This document shows, piece after piece, positions 1 through 8,172 of a stretch of DNA of 64,000 bases (the stretch's first letter is position 1; each line of letters opens with the position of its first letter). Origin of the DNA: an archaeon (GTDB lineage: Archaea > Methanobacteriota_B > Thermococci > Methanofastidiosales > NM3); assembly GCA_004212155.1 (NCBI GenBank), contig RXIG01000019.1:40892-104891 (forward strand). Direction: 5' to 3'. The notes beneath the pieces were generated by a model, which saw only the letters and a list, made by a program, of their open reading frames with translations, had not been told where the DNA came from and did not search any database. The position numbers were made by a program, and so were the translations under genes.

Positions 1-48
1 CCCGAATGATTTGAGCTTGTCATGCAAGTAGTCGTAGATATCGTCCAT
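1..48 (-). CDS. N-terminal fragment of the next ehb operon gene (probably EhbG); runs off the window
   Basis: ATG at 48 reads MDDIYDYLHDKLKSFG; GGTGG RBS-like sequence overlaps the end of ehbF; position directly after ehbF. Confidence 0.5.
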   Translation of the reverse strand, partial: MDDIYDYLHDKLKSFG

Positions 49-51
49 TGT

Positions 52-1533
52 TTACCACCCCACCATTACGTTGAGTGCGACGTCAGCTATCCTGTCATAG
101 AACGGCATAGGAAACAGCCCGATGCCGATGCATGCCAGGCACAGTATGACGAGTGCAGCGAGCGTGACCTTGGGCAATGCGTTGCTGATACGCACCTTCT
201 CGAGCGCCATGACCGTCGTCTCCTCGCGTAGGAACGTGAGGTAGAATCCCTTCATCAGCGCAACGAATGTGAGTATCGTGCCAAGGATCACCAGCACACC
301 GAGCTCGGGGTATCCTGCGGCCACCGTCGATTCGATGATCCGGAACTCGCTCTGATATGCGTTAAACGGGGGTATGCCCGACACGGCGAGGATGCCGATG
401 ATCTGCAGGAATGCAAGACGCGGCGCCTTTGAGAGCAGCCCCCCGAGCTTCGTGAGATCTGAGGTCTTCGCCCGCTCGTATATGAAGTACACAGTGATGA
501 AAAGCAGCGACATGGCGATTGCATCGTTGATGGCATGGAATATCCCGGCCGCGATGCCTGCCGCCGTGCCGAGGCTTATGCCCACGCCGACCAGCCCTGC
601 CTGTGAAACAGCGCTGTATGCAAGGAGCCGGCGAAAGTCTGTCTGCATCATTGCCATAACGGCACCAAATACCATCGTCGCTATCGAGAGGCCGAGCATG
701 ACTGCCGTCATGTTCGAATAACCACCAAAGAGCCGAAGCAAGATGATGCCTATAGCTACGAGCATGAGCTTCGTCTCGGTCTGGAGGAGCGCTGCAACAT
801 CGGGCTTGGCCGCGCTGTAGAGATTTGACTTGATCGAGTGGAAGGGGAAGATCCCCGATTCGAACAGCCATCCTATTACGAGCAATGCCACCGCGGTCAG
901 CACCACGGGATCGCCGACGGAGCCGCCAATCGCCTGGTGCAAATCGCTGATGTTGAGCACACCGTAGGTACCAAGGAGCAGCGCGATCCCGAAGAGGATG
1001 GAACCCCCTGCTATTCCGCCGAAGACGAGGTATTTGAACGCTGCCTTGTACGCATCCGCACCTCCATGCGCGATGACAATGGCCGCCTGGGATATTGTTG
1101 CGATCTCGATGAAGACGAACATGTTGAAGATGTCGTTTACCATCACGACGGCGCTCACGGCAGCAATGCTGAGCATGATCATCGAGAGGTAAACGCCTGA
1201 TACGCGTTTTTCATTTGACGTATGTGATACGACCACGAAGGTCGCTATGACGGCAAGCAAGAATACGAGGGCCTTTTGCAAGAAGGCGAACGAATACTCG
1301 ATGGCAAGGTTGATCTCGGGGATGACGATCTTTGAGGCTGGAAGCGCGTCGTCGACCGGATGGGCACCAAAGAGGTGTGACCCGTAGGCTGTAAGAAGCG
1401 GCACCGCCAAAACGACGATCATCGCCACCGTGCCGAAGATGCGCACCGCACGCTGCTTGCCATGCATGAGGTTGAGAAGGATTGCAGCAATAAGCGGAAA
1501 GACCACCATGAGGGGTATGAGCTCTGAGTTCAT
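52..1533 (-). CDS. ehbF: Energy-converting hydrogenase B subunit F (MrpD/NuoN-like proton-translocating antiporter subunit)
   Basis: 493 aa, about 14 TM helices; motifs DIFNMFVFIEI, AFKYL, RRLLAYSAVSQ, GIPPFN; ehb gene order. Confidence 0.8.
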   Translation of the reverse strand: MNSELIPLMVVFPLIAAILLNLMHGKQRAVRIFGTVAMIVVLAVPLLTAYGSHLFGAHPVDDALPASKIVIPEINLAIEYSFAFLQKALVFLLAVIATFVVVSHTSNEKRVSGVYLSMIMLSIAAVSAVVMVNDIFNMFVFIEIATISQAAIVIAHGGADAYKAAFKYLVFGGIAGGSILFGIALLLGTYGVLNISDLHQAIGGSVGDPVVLTAVALLVIGWLFESGIFPFHSIKSNLYSAAKPDVAALLQTETKLMLVAIGIILLRLFGGYSNMTAVMLGLSIATMVFGAVMAMMQTDFRRLLAYSAVSQAGLVGVGISLGTAAGIAAGIFHAINDAIAMSLLFITVYFIYERAKTSDLTKLGGLLSKAPRLAFLQIIGILAVSGIPPFNAYQSEFRIIESTVAAGYPELGVLVILGTILTFVALMKGFYLTFLREETTVMALEKVRISNALPKVTLAALVILCLACIGIGLFPMPFYDRIADVALNVMVGW

Positions 1534-1922
1534 GATTCGTCCTCCTTGAATATTGTTGTTACCGAAAGTGAGTTGTACCGTTGATAGAGCTTAATCGTGA
1601 GTCCTAGGAGCACCGCAAGCGTTGAAGCACCGATCACGATGTTGGTAAGCACGAGGGCAAACGGCAATGAATATGCTGCCTGGTCGGCAAAGCCTTGGAA
1701 CAATCCGGAGGCATTGTTGTAGAGCTCCTCACCGATGATGGGCACGATGCCACCCGGCTTGAATCCCGACGTGATGAGCACGAGATTCACGGCATCGCCT
1801 ATGAGCATGACCCCGATTACCTTCTTGATGAGATTTTCCATGAAGACGATCGCATACAGACCTACGATGAACATGAGCCCCGCAGTCACAAATGACCAAA
1901 CCTGTACATCAGCGCCATTCAT
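1530..1922 (-). CDS. ehbE: Energy-converting hydrogenase B subunit E (MrpC/MnhC-like)
   Basis: NLIKKVIG...DAVNL...LPFALVLTNIVIG is the MrpC signature; ATGA overlap with ehbF. Confidence 0.8.
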   Translation of the reverse strand: MNGADVQVWSFVTAGLMFIVGLYAIVFMENLIKKVIGVMLIGDAVNLVLITSGFKPGGIVPIIGEELYNNASGLFQGFADQAAYSLPFALVLTNIVIGASTLAVLLGLTIKLYQRYNSLSVTTIFKEDES

Positions 1923-2173
1923 TCCTCAGACCTCCGTGTCTTGAAAACTGTGATTGCAATGAGGCCTGGTATGAGCGCAGACCCGAGTATGGCCTGCGTG
2001 ATCGCCACGTCTGCGGCAAGGAGACGCTGGTAAAGCAGCGCAAGCCCAAGGCCCTGGAATCCGATGATGACCACCATCTTCATGAGGTCCTTTTGCACCA
2101 GTGCCATGATCGACCCGGCGATGATGGCAAACATCAATACAAACTCAATAATTATCTCCAGCACCCCCATCAT
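1919..2173 (-). CDS. ehbD: Energy-converting hydrogenase B subunit D (DUF4040/MbhD-like)
   Basis: 84 aa, 3 TM; LLAADVAITQAILGS motif. Confidence 0.75.
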   Translation of the reverse strand: MMGVLEIIIEFVLMFAIIAGSIMALVQKDLMKMVVIIGFQGLGLALLYQRLLAADVAITQAILGSALIPGLIAITVFKTRRSEE

Positions 2174-2429
2174 AATGGGCCTTGGCGATAGAATGCACCG
2201 CCACCGGCGTGAGTATGAAATAAAGCACTGCCACCAACGCGATCATAGGTTTTCCGAAAAACAAGAGCGTGATGATGCATGCGAAATCGACGACGCCGAT
2301 GATGTGAAGCCGTGCATAAAGAATATTGGCGATCTTCTCAAACCGCATCAATCCAAACGCGGCGACAAACAGGAGCGAACCGGTAAACAAGAAGACGATC
2401 GCCTGTAAGATAGAAATGTCTGCATTCAC
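2145..2429 (-). CDS. ehbC: Energy-converting hydrogenase B subunit C (MrpG/MnhG-like)
   Basis: LYARLHIIGVVD...LTPVAVHSIAKA MrpG signature; start reassigned to GTG at 2429, overlapping the ehbB stop (GTGA). Confidence 0.75.
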   Translation of the reverse strand: MNADISILQAIVFLFTGSLLFVAAFGLMRFEKIANILYARLHIIGVVDFACIITLLFFGKPMIALVAVLYFILTPVAVHSIAKAHYDGGAGDNY

Positions 2430-2695
2430 TGGAATCCTCCTCCATTCAAGAGCTTTGCGATGATGATCGTCCCCACAGGACCCAACACAAGCAGATAGAG
2501 CGCTATGTCTGCCGAAAAGGATATGGGAACGACCTCGCCGAGCACGACCAACCCTGTGGCGGTCGCGACGCATGCACCGGAGAGTCCAGCCAGTGCAGAT
2601 GTAGTCCCTTTTCGAGAGGCCACCCGAAGGCTCGCAAGGACGGTAAAGCTCAATGCAATGATCAAATAATAGAGACTTGCATCATAGATATTCAT
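2426..2695 (-). CDS. ehbB: Energy-converting hydrogenase B subunit B (MrpF/MnhF-like)
   Basis: 89 aa, 3 TM; DIALYLLVLGPVGTIIIAK. Confidence 0.7.
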   Translation of the reverse strand: MNIYDASLYYLIIALSFTVLASLRVASRKGTTSALAGLSGACVATATGLVVLGEVVPISFSADIALYLLVLGPVGTIIIAKLLNGGGFQ

Positions 2696-3009
2696 TCAAA
2701 CATCCCCTTAATGTACTTCTCAAAAGGGATAATAGCCGATTGGTCGCGTGGCGTCAGAACCGTTACCGTAAGCTTTTGCGCCTTGTTGTCAACGTCGATG
2801 GTGAGCGTGCCCGGGGTCAACGTGATGGAGTTTGCAAGGAAGGTCTGTGATATTTCTTTCCTCAATACGGTGTTTATGACCTTCTTCTCCGGTTTGATGG
2901 TACCCCTGAGTGCCAGATAGACGACGTTGAGCGCAGACATGGTAATATAATAAAGAAGAACAACGACATACGCAACAGCATAAAAAGGACGTGCGAGATT
3001 ATTACCCAT
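2692..3009 (-). CDS. ehbA: Energy-converting hydrogenase B subunit A (MrpE/MnhE-like)
   Basis: LANSITLTPGTLTIDVD MrpE signature; first gene of the operon; GAGGGGAG RBS. Confidence 0.8.
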   Translation of the reverse strand: MGNNLARPFYAVAYVVVLLYYITMSALNVVYLALRGTIKPEKKVINTVLRKEISQTFLANSITLTPGTLTIDVDNKAQKLTVTVLTPRDQSAIIPFEKYIKGMFE

Positions 3010-3061
3010 TATCTCCCCTCATAAAAACGTCTGATTTTTGATATTAAACGTACTTCTAGAG

Positions 3062-3079
3062 AATACTTATAAACTTTTT
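3062..3079 (-). promoter_or_regulatory. BRE/TATA promoter of the ehb operon
   Basis: Minus strand reads AAAAAGTTTATAAGTATT about 55-70 nt upstream of ehbA. Confidence 0.5.
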
Positions 3080-3509
3080 GGGTAATGAGTGAAGCGCATT
3101 TAACCATTAAGCGTAGAATTGCCTCTATTGCACATATAATATCATACTTTATGTTCGCTCGTTCTACGAACCCATCCCCTAGTATCACAAAACGGTCTAT
3201 GCCCCCCCTCGGGCCGTTTGCTTTAAATGTTTTTCATTGCCATTGCGCCCATACGAGACGCGCATCCGGTAAATCCACTGCTCGTGGGATGTCGCTCCCC
3301 ATTCGTTGCAAGGGGCTGCAATGTGATTCCATTCAACCACAAGAGACGATGATGATAGTGCCGTTTCACCCCGTTCACAGGGGCTTTCGTTCGTGGCAGG
3401 ATGCCTTTCAAAAGAATTTTTCATGTGAAAAGACCGTTAAATACCGAAATCTTTTTATAATTACTAAAACCTATAAAATATAGCTATTTTTTCCAAAGGA
3501 GGCTAGGAC

Positions 3510-3782
3510 ATGACAGAAGAAAATGTTGTATATGTTGGCAACAAACCACCTATGAGCTACGTGCTTGCAGTGACGACACAATTTAACAACGGAGCAAATG
3601 AAGTGGTGCTCAAGGCGAGAGGAAAAGCAATCTCGCGTGCTGTCGATGTGGCAGAGATCGTCAGGAACCGCTTTATACCAGAAGCACTGGTGGACGCCAT
3701 AACAACAGGTACCGAGGAGCTTCCCCGAAAAGAGGGTGGAACGACAAATACTTCAACGATAGAAATCGTGTTGAAGAAGTAA
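3510..3782 (+). CDS. albA: DNA/RNA-binding protein Alba
   Basis: [15 protein letters not shown]...[22 protein letters not shown]; GGAGG RBS. Confidence 0.95.
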   Translation: MTEENVVYVGNKPPMSYVLAVTTQFNNGANEVVLKARGKAISRAVDVAEIVRNRFIPEALVDAITTGTEELPRKEGGTTNTSTIEIVLKK

Positions 3783-3805
3783 CCCGAATACGTGGGTTCT
3801 TTACT

Positions 3806-4312
3806 ATGAAATCCCCAATTTGTGACATTTGCTTAAAATCTGGCATATTATGCCCTGGATGCCAGGAAAAAGTGATCAAGGGTGAGATATCCGAGCTTGA
3901 GGTAGAGATATCCCTGAAGCTCTACAACCTGCTTCAGAAGTACAAGATGCCCCAGGAACTCACCTTTCACAAGGCGATCGAAACCGACGATACGGTGGTA
4001 CTCGTCGTCGGTGAGAACCAGATCGGTACCATCGTGGGGAAGGGGGGCAAGGTAGTAAAGAGCCTGCAAAAGGACCTCGAAAAGAAGATACGGGTCATCG
4101 AGAATACTGACGACATCAAAAAAATAGCACAGGACCTCATACACCCTGCCCGGATCGCGGGCATAAACATACTGTACCTGCCCGGAGGGGGGACGAAGAA
4201 GAAGTTGCGCATTCCAGTAGAGGATGAAAAAAAGCTTCCCATCGACACAAGCATCGTCGAGGACATCATTCTACGTATGGCGGGAGAATCTGTGGACGTC
4301 GTCATAGAGTGA
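3806..4312 (+). CDS. Archaeal NusA-like KH-domain protein with N-terminal Cys cluster
   Basis: PICDICLKSGILCPGC N-terminus; IVGKGGKVVKSL KH GxxG loop. Confidence 0.75.
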   Translation: MKSPICDICLKSGILCPGCQEKVIKGEISELEVEISLKLYNLLQKYKMPQELTFHKAIETDDTVVLVVGENQIGTIVGKGGKVVKSLQKDLEKKIRVIENTDDIKKIAQDLIHPARIAGINILYLPGGGTKKKLRIPVEDEKKLPIDTSIVEDIILRMAGESVDVVIE

Positions 4313-4330
4313 AAACACTGAGGGAACATC

Positions 4331-5581
4331 ATGGACTCTATCAAAGGATGGGTACACGAAGTGAGAGACATAGGTGGCATCAAGTTTGTCATCGTCCGAA
4401 ACAGGAATGGATTATATCAAGTAACGCTTCCGAAGAAGAAGGTGTCAGAGGATATCTTCTCCTTTGTCGACACGCTTTCGAGGGAGGACGTCATCGAGGT
4501 GAGTGGGACGTTCCAGGAAGCCCGGTCGCGCGACTTTTCGACCGAGCTCATACCTGATGACATACGTATCATTAATAAATCGGCGACACCCCTGCCCCTC
4601 GACCCGAGCGAGAAGGTGCACGCCGAGCTCGACACGCGCCTCGACAACAGATTCCTCGATATACGACGCCCCGCCATTCAGGCGATCTTCAAGGTTCGCC
4701 ATGCGCTCATCAAGCATGCTCGCGATTATCTGGATTCACAGGGATTTCTTGAAATACACACATCAAAGATCATCTCCACCGCATCCGAGGGTGGTACGGA
4801 GCTCTTTCCGGTGAAGTATTTCGAGAAACAGGCCTACCTGACCCAGTCGCCACAGCTCTACAAGCAGATGGCGATGGCAGGCGGATTCGAGCGAACGTAT
4901 GAGATCGCTTGGTACTTCAGGGCTGAGGACCACAATACGACGCGCCACCTGAACGAAGCGACAGCCATCGACATAGAGATGTCGTTTATCGAGAGCGAAG
5001 AGGACATCATGCAGGTGCTCGAGCAGCTCATCCATCACGCGATAAAAGGGGTCGTCAATGACTGCCAGGACGAGCTGGAGACGCTTGGTGTAGAGATAAA
5101 GGTCCCATCCGTTCCGTTCAAACGCATATCCTACGATGAGGCCATCGAACTCCTTCAGGGAAAGGGCATGGCCATAGAGTGGGGTGAGGACCTCGGCACC
5201 GAGAGCGAACGGATCATCGGGGAGGAGATGGTCACCCAGGGGCACGAGTACTACTTCATCAAACGCTACCCCCGCAACAAGGTGTTCTACATACAACCCG
5301 AAGGGAGGTACTGCAGGGGATTTGACCTTGACTGCAAGGGGCTGGAACTTACCTCTGGCGGGCAGCGCTGCCATGAGTACGACACGATCGTCGAACGGAT
5401 CGAGGAGTTTGGCATGAATCCCGACAACTTCGAGGACTATCTCAAGATCTTCAGGTACGGCATGCCGACACACGGCGGGTTCGGATTCGGTCTCGAGCGC
5501 TGGCTCATGATGATACTCGATCTCAAGAACGTGAGGGAGTGCATACTGTTCCCGCGCGATAGGCATCGCACAACACCATGA
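4331..5581 (+). CDS. aspS: Aspartate--tRNA ligase (archaeal type)
   Basis: GWVHEVRD OB fold; LDTRLDNRFLDIR; QSPQLYKQ; FRAE; motif 3 GFGFGLERW; LFPRD. Confidence 0.93.
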   Translation: MDSIKGWVHEVRDIGGIKFVIVRNRNGLYQVTLPKKKVSEDIFSFVDTLSREDVIEVSGTFQEARSRDFSTELIPDDIRIINKSATPLPLDPSEKVHAELDTRLDNRFLDIRRPAIQAIFKVRHALIKHARDYLDSQGFLEIHTSKIISTASEGGTELFPVKYFEKQAYLTQSPQLYKQMAMAGGFERTYEIAWYFRAEDHNTTRHLNEATAIDIEMSFIESEEDIMQVLEQLIHHAIKGVVNDCQDELETLGVEIKVPSVPFKRISYDEAIELLQGKGMAIEWGEDLGTESERIIGEEMVTQGHEYYFIKRYPRNKVFYIQPEGRYCRGFDLDCKGLELTSGGQRCHEYDTIVERIEEFGMNPDNFEDYLKIFRYGMPTHGGFGFGLERWLMMILDLKNVRECILFPRDRHRTTP

Positions 5582-5633
5582 GCGCCCTGTTCTTGGAAAA
5601 CTATATAATATCCCACTTTCTTTCTTATTATAT

Positions 5634-6110
5634 ATGCAGATAGCCGTGATAGGGTCGGCCATCGAGGACGACCCCGGTATCCTTTCGATGGCCCATGACC
5701 TCGGGGCCGCCCTCGCACAAAAGGGCCACATCATCATTTGCGGCGGCGGGGGAGGCATCATGGAAGCGGTGTCGCACGGAGCCTGCGAGGCGGACGGGAC
5801 CGTAGTAGGGGTACTGCCATCAAACGAGCGCCACACGGGAAACAGATTCCTTACTGCAGAGGTAGTCACGGGGCTGCACGAGATGAGAAATGCGGTCGTT
5901 GTGGCCAGCGGCGATATCGTCCTCGCGTTCCCGGGGGCATTTGGAACGCTCTCTGAACTAGCGTTCGCAATGAAGTATGACAAACCGATCGTCGTCGTAC
6001 AGCCGGAGCACTTCTTCCTCGACTTCACGCTCATTCCTTATACACGACTTACCTTTGCATGGAATCTACGGGACATAATCAACTCAATCGAGGAATATGA
6101 TGATCTTTGA
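5634..6110 (+). CDS. TIGR00725/LOG-family (SLOG) Rossmann-fold nucleotide-binding protein
   Basis: CGGGGGIMEAVSHGA, RNAVVV, PGAFGTLSELAFA. Confidence 0.85.
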   Translation: MQIAVIGSAIEDDPGILSMAHDLGAALAQKGHIIICGGGGGIMEAVSHGACEADGTVVGVLPSNERHTGNRFLTAEVVTGLHEMRNAVVVASGDIVLAFPGAFGTLSELAFAMKYDKPIVVVQPEHFFLDFTLIPYTRLTFAWNLRDIINSIEEYDDL

Positions 6111-7389
6111 CAAGATATTCGGGAAAAAGGATGAAAAGAAACACGAACGGCCCATTCATGTGAATGAGCTAGACCAATTTATCGCTGAGCGAACGGATAC
6201 GCTCAACACAAGGGTCGAGGAGGAAACGAGCCGACCGCTTGGCCTTATCGAGAACTCATTTTCTAACATAGAGGGGATCATCGAAGACCTCAGGTCAAAG
6301 GAACTCGAAGAAGAGGTTGTGAAACGGCTTGAAAACATCACCATCACCTCTCAGAAGAAGTTCTGCCAGAGCATGGACAAGTCCTTGGAGAAACGTACGG
6401 CATTGACATCGATTGCAACGTATCCTGCGCTCGAGGAGTATATCGAGACGACACGGTCCGTTCTACAGTCGATGGACAAGATACGCGCCACACACGGGAG
6501 ATATCTTGGCATTGCTTTTGAATCGAGCATGAAGGAGCTGGGAAAGGAGATCAAGGTGGTGGCTGACGCGCTTGGGCTTCTCTCCAACATCGCGGCTGAC
6601 ATCAATGATGAATGGACGTCGCTTCGGGAACTCAGGGAACTGCACGATGAGTACCGATCGCTTGATGAAGATGCATTGCAGGAACGCATCGCATCACTCG
6701 ATGAGGAGGCAAGAAAGATTGCTAACGAACTGTCCATTGTAAAGGAACATATTGAGCAGTATAAACAGTCGGATAAGCACAAAACATACCTGGAGCTTCG
6801 AAGAAGGGCGAGTGAGGCGGAAGCGGAAGTGGACGAGCTCAACAATCGCATATATGGGTACATTGCCCCGCTCAAGCGAGACCTGAAAAAGCTCAAGAAG
6901 GCTGCAGACAATGAGAAGTGCAGAATGACCTCGGATGTTTATCACAAGATCGAGGAGACACTCGAGACACCCATGAAAAGCCTTGCCGGGGAATCCGAGG
7001 GACTCGCCGAGACGAAACGAATGGTCGAACAGCTCCGCGACGCTCTCATGGACGGCACGCTCCAGGAAAAGGATGCCAAGCGCCAAAAGACCCTTGAGGA
7101 ATGTTCAGCCATCATCAACGGTGCGCTCGATGACATCGTACGGTCGTATGTCGATGCACTTGCGCGTTTCGAAAAGCTCAACGAGCAAGTAGGGAACTAT
7201 TCACTTCACGAACTCGAGGAACTTCGTCACAAGAAGGGACAGCTCGAATCACAACGCCAGCGGATTGAAGAACGCATAAAGAGAGAAAAACACGCAAAGT
7301 CATCATCACAAGAACGAAAACAAGTGTTACAGTCGGAATTGCAGGACATTCTCAATCATATCGACCCCAATGCATCGTTAGATTTTTAA
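6097..7389 (+). CDS. Hypothetical long coiled-coil protein
   Basis: 430 aa, E/K/R-rich heptad pattern; no catalytic motif; N-terminal IFDKIFGKK. Confidence 0.7.
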   Translation: MMIFDKIFGKKDEKKHERPIHVNELDQFIAERTDTLNTRVEEETSRPLGLIENSFSNIEGIIEDLRSKELEEEVVKRLENITITSQKKFCQSMDKSLEKRTALTSIATYPALEEYIETTRSVLQSMDKIRATHGRYLGIAFESSMKELGKEIKVVADALGLLSNIAADINDEWTSLRELRELHDEYRSLDEDALQERIASLDEEARKIANELSIVKEHIEQYKQSDKHKTYLELRRRASEAEAEVDELNNRIYGYIAPLKRDLKKLKKAADNEKCRMTSDVYHKIEETLETPMKSLAGESEGLAETKRMVEQLRDALMDGTLQEKDAKRQKTLEECSAIINGALDDIVRSYVDALARFEKLNEQVGNYSLHELEELRHKKGQLESQRQRIEERIKREKHAKSSSQERKQVLQSELQDILNHIDPNASLDF

Positions 7390-7440
7390 TCATTAGCATC
7401 ATATGTAAAACAACCAAGTTTCATCTATGGAGGAATCATA

Positions 7441-8172
7441 TTGGCACTTTTTGGTGATAAGAAGTCTGATAAGCTCAAAAACAAGCTTTCAAAACTTGAA
7501 CGTGAGAATGAGGACCTAAAGGAACAGCTGGCAGAATACGAGAAGGTGTTTGGCAACTTCGAGGACATGAAGAAGGTTACCGACAGGGTGCGAGAGGAGA
7601 ACAAGCGCCTGCTTGAAAAACTGGAGGAGAACGTGGAGGTCAAGAGCAAGATGCAAAAACGTATTGATGAGCTTACCCAGGCACTCAACGCGAAAAAGGA
7701 GGACTTCCAGCTCAACATCAGCGCGATGGAGTCCAAGGACGACAACATCGTTGTGGGGAACAACGTTGAGTTCACCGGCGGACTCTCGACGCCAAAGAAC
7801 ATCACAACGGGCGACAACGTGGTCATCCAGGGCGATGTCAACTGCAATGAGAAGGTCTCCCTTGGCAACTACAACAGGGTCGTCGGCAACGTGGCAGGTG
7901 ACGCTGGCGTGCTCGTAGGCAACGGATGCCAACTCGAGAAGAACATCGTCTCACAGGGGCCCGTGAGCATTGGCGAGGACTGCAGGGTATCGCATGTGTC
8001 GACCGATGCTGACGTGCAGGTGGGCAAGAACACTGAAGTGAAAAAGATCACCTCTGGCGCTAACGTCTACCTCAAGGAGGGTGTTCACATCCATGACGGC
8101 ATCGAGTATAAGGGCTCCATAAACATTGAAAAGGATGTTACCATCGCCGGTGAGATAAAGACCCGTCAATGA
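7441..8172 (+). CDS. Coiled-coil plus beta-helix protein (bactofilin/polymer-forming, COG4801-like)
   Basis: TTG start after GGAGG; about 95 aa coiled coil, then about 17-aa repeats (xVGxNxxIxGxV). Confidence 0.6.
   Translation: MALFGDKKSDKLKNKLSKLERENEDLKEQLAEYEKVFGNFEDMKKVTDRVREENKRLLEKLEENVEVKSKMQKRIDELTQALNAKKEDFQLNISAMESKDDNIVVGNNVEFTGGLSTPKNITTGDNVVIQGDVNCNEKVSLGNYNRVVGNVAGDAGVLVGNGCQLEKNIVSQGPVSIGEDCRVSHVSTDADVQVGKNTEVKKITSGANVYLKEGVHIHDGIEYKGSINIEKDVTIAGEIKTRQ

Noticed and set aside
3085-3483. Short ORFs (132, 75 and 62 aa) in the ehbA-albA gap
   Set aside because: No RBS or protein-like features; they overlap promoter elements
4763-6034. 423-aa minus-strand ORF
   Set aside because: Antisense shadow of aspS and the LOG-family gene; no motifs
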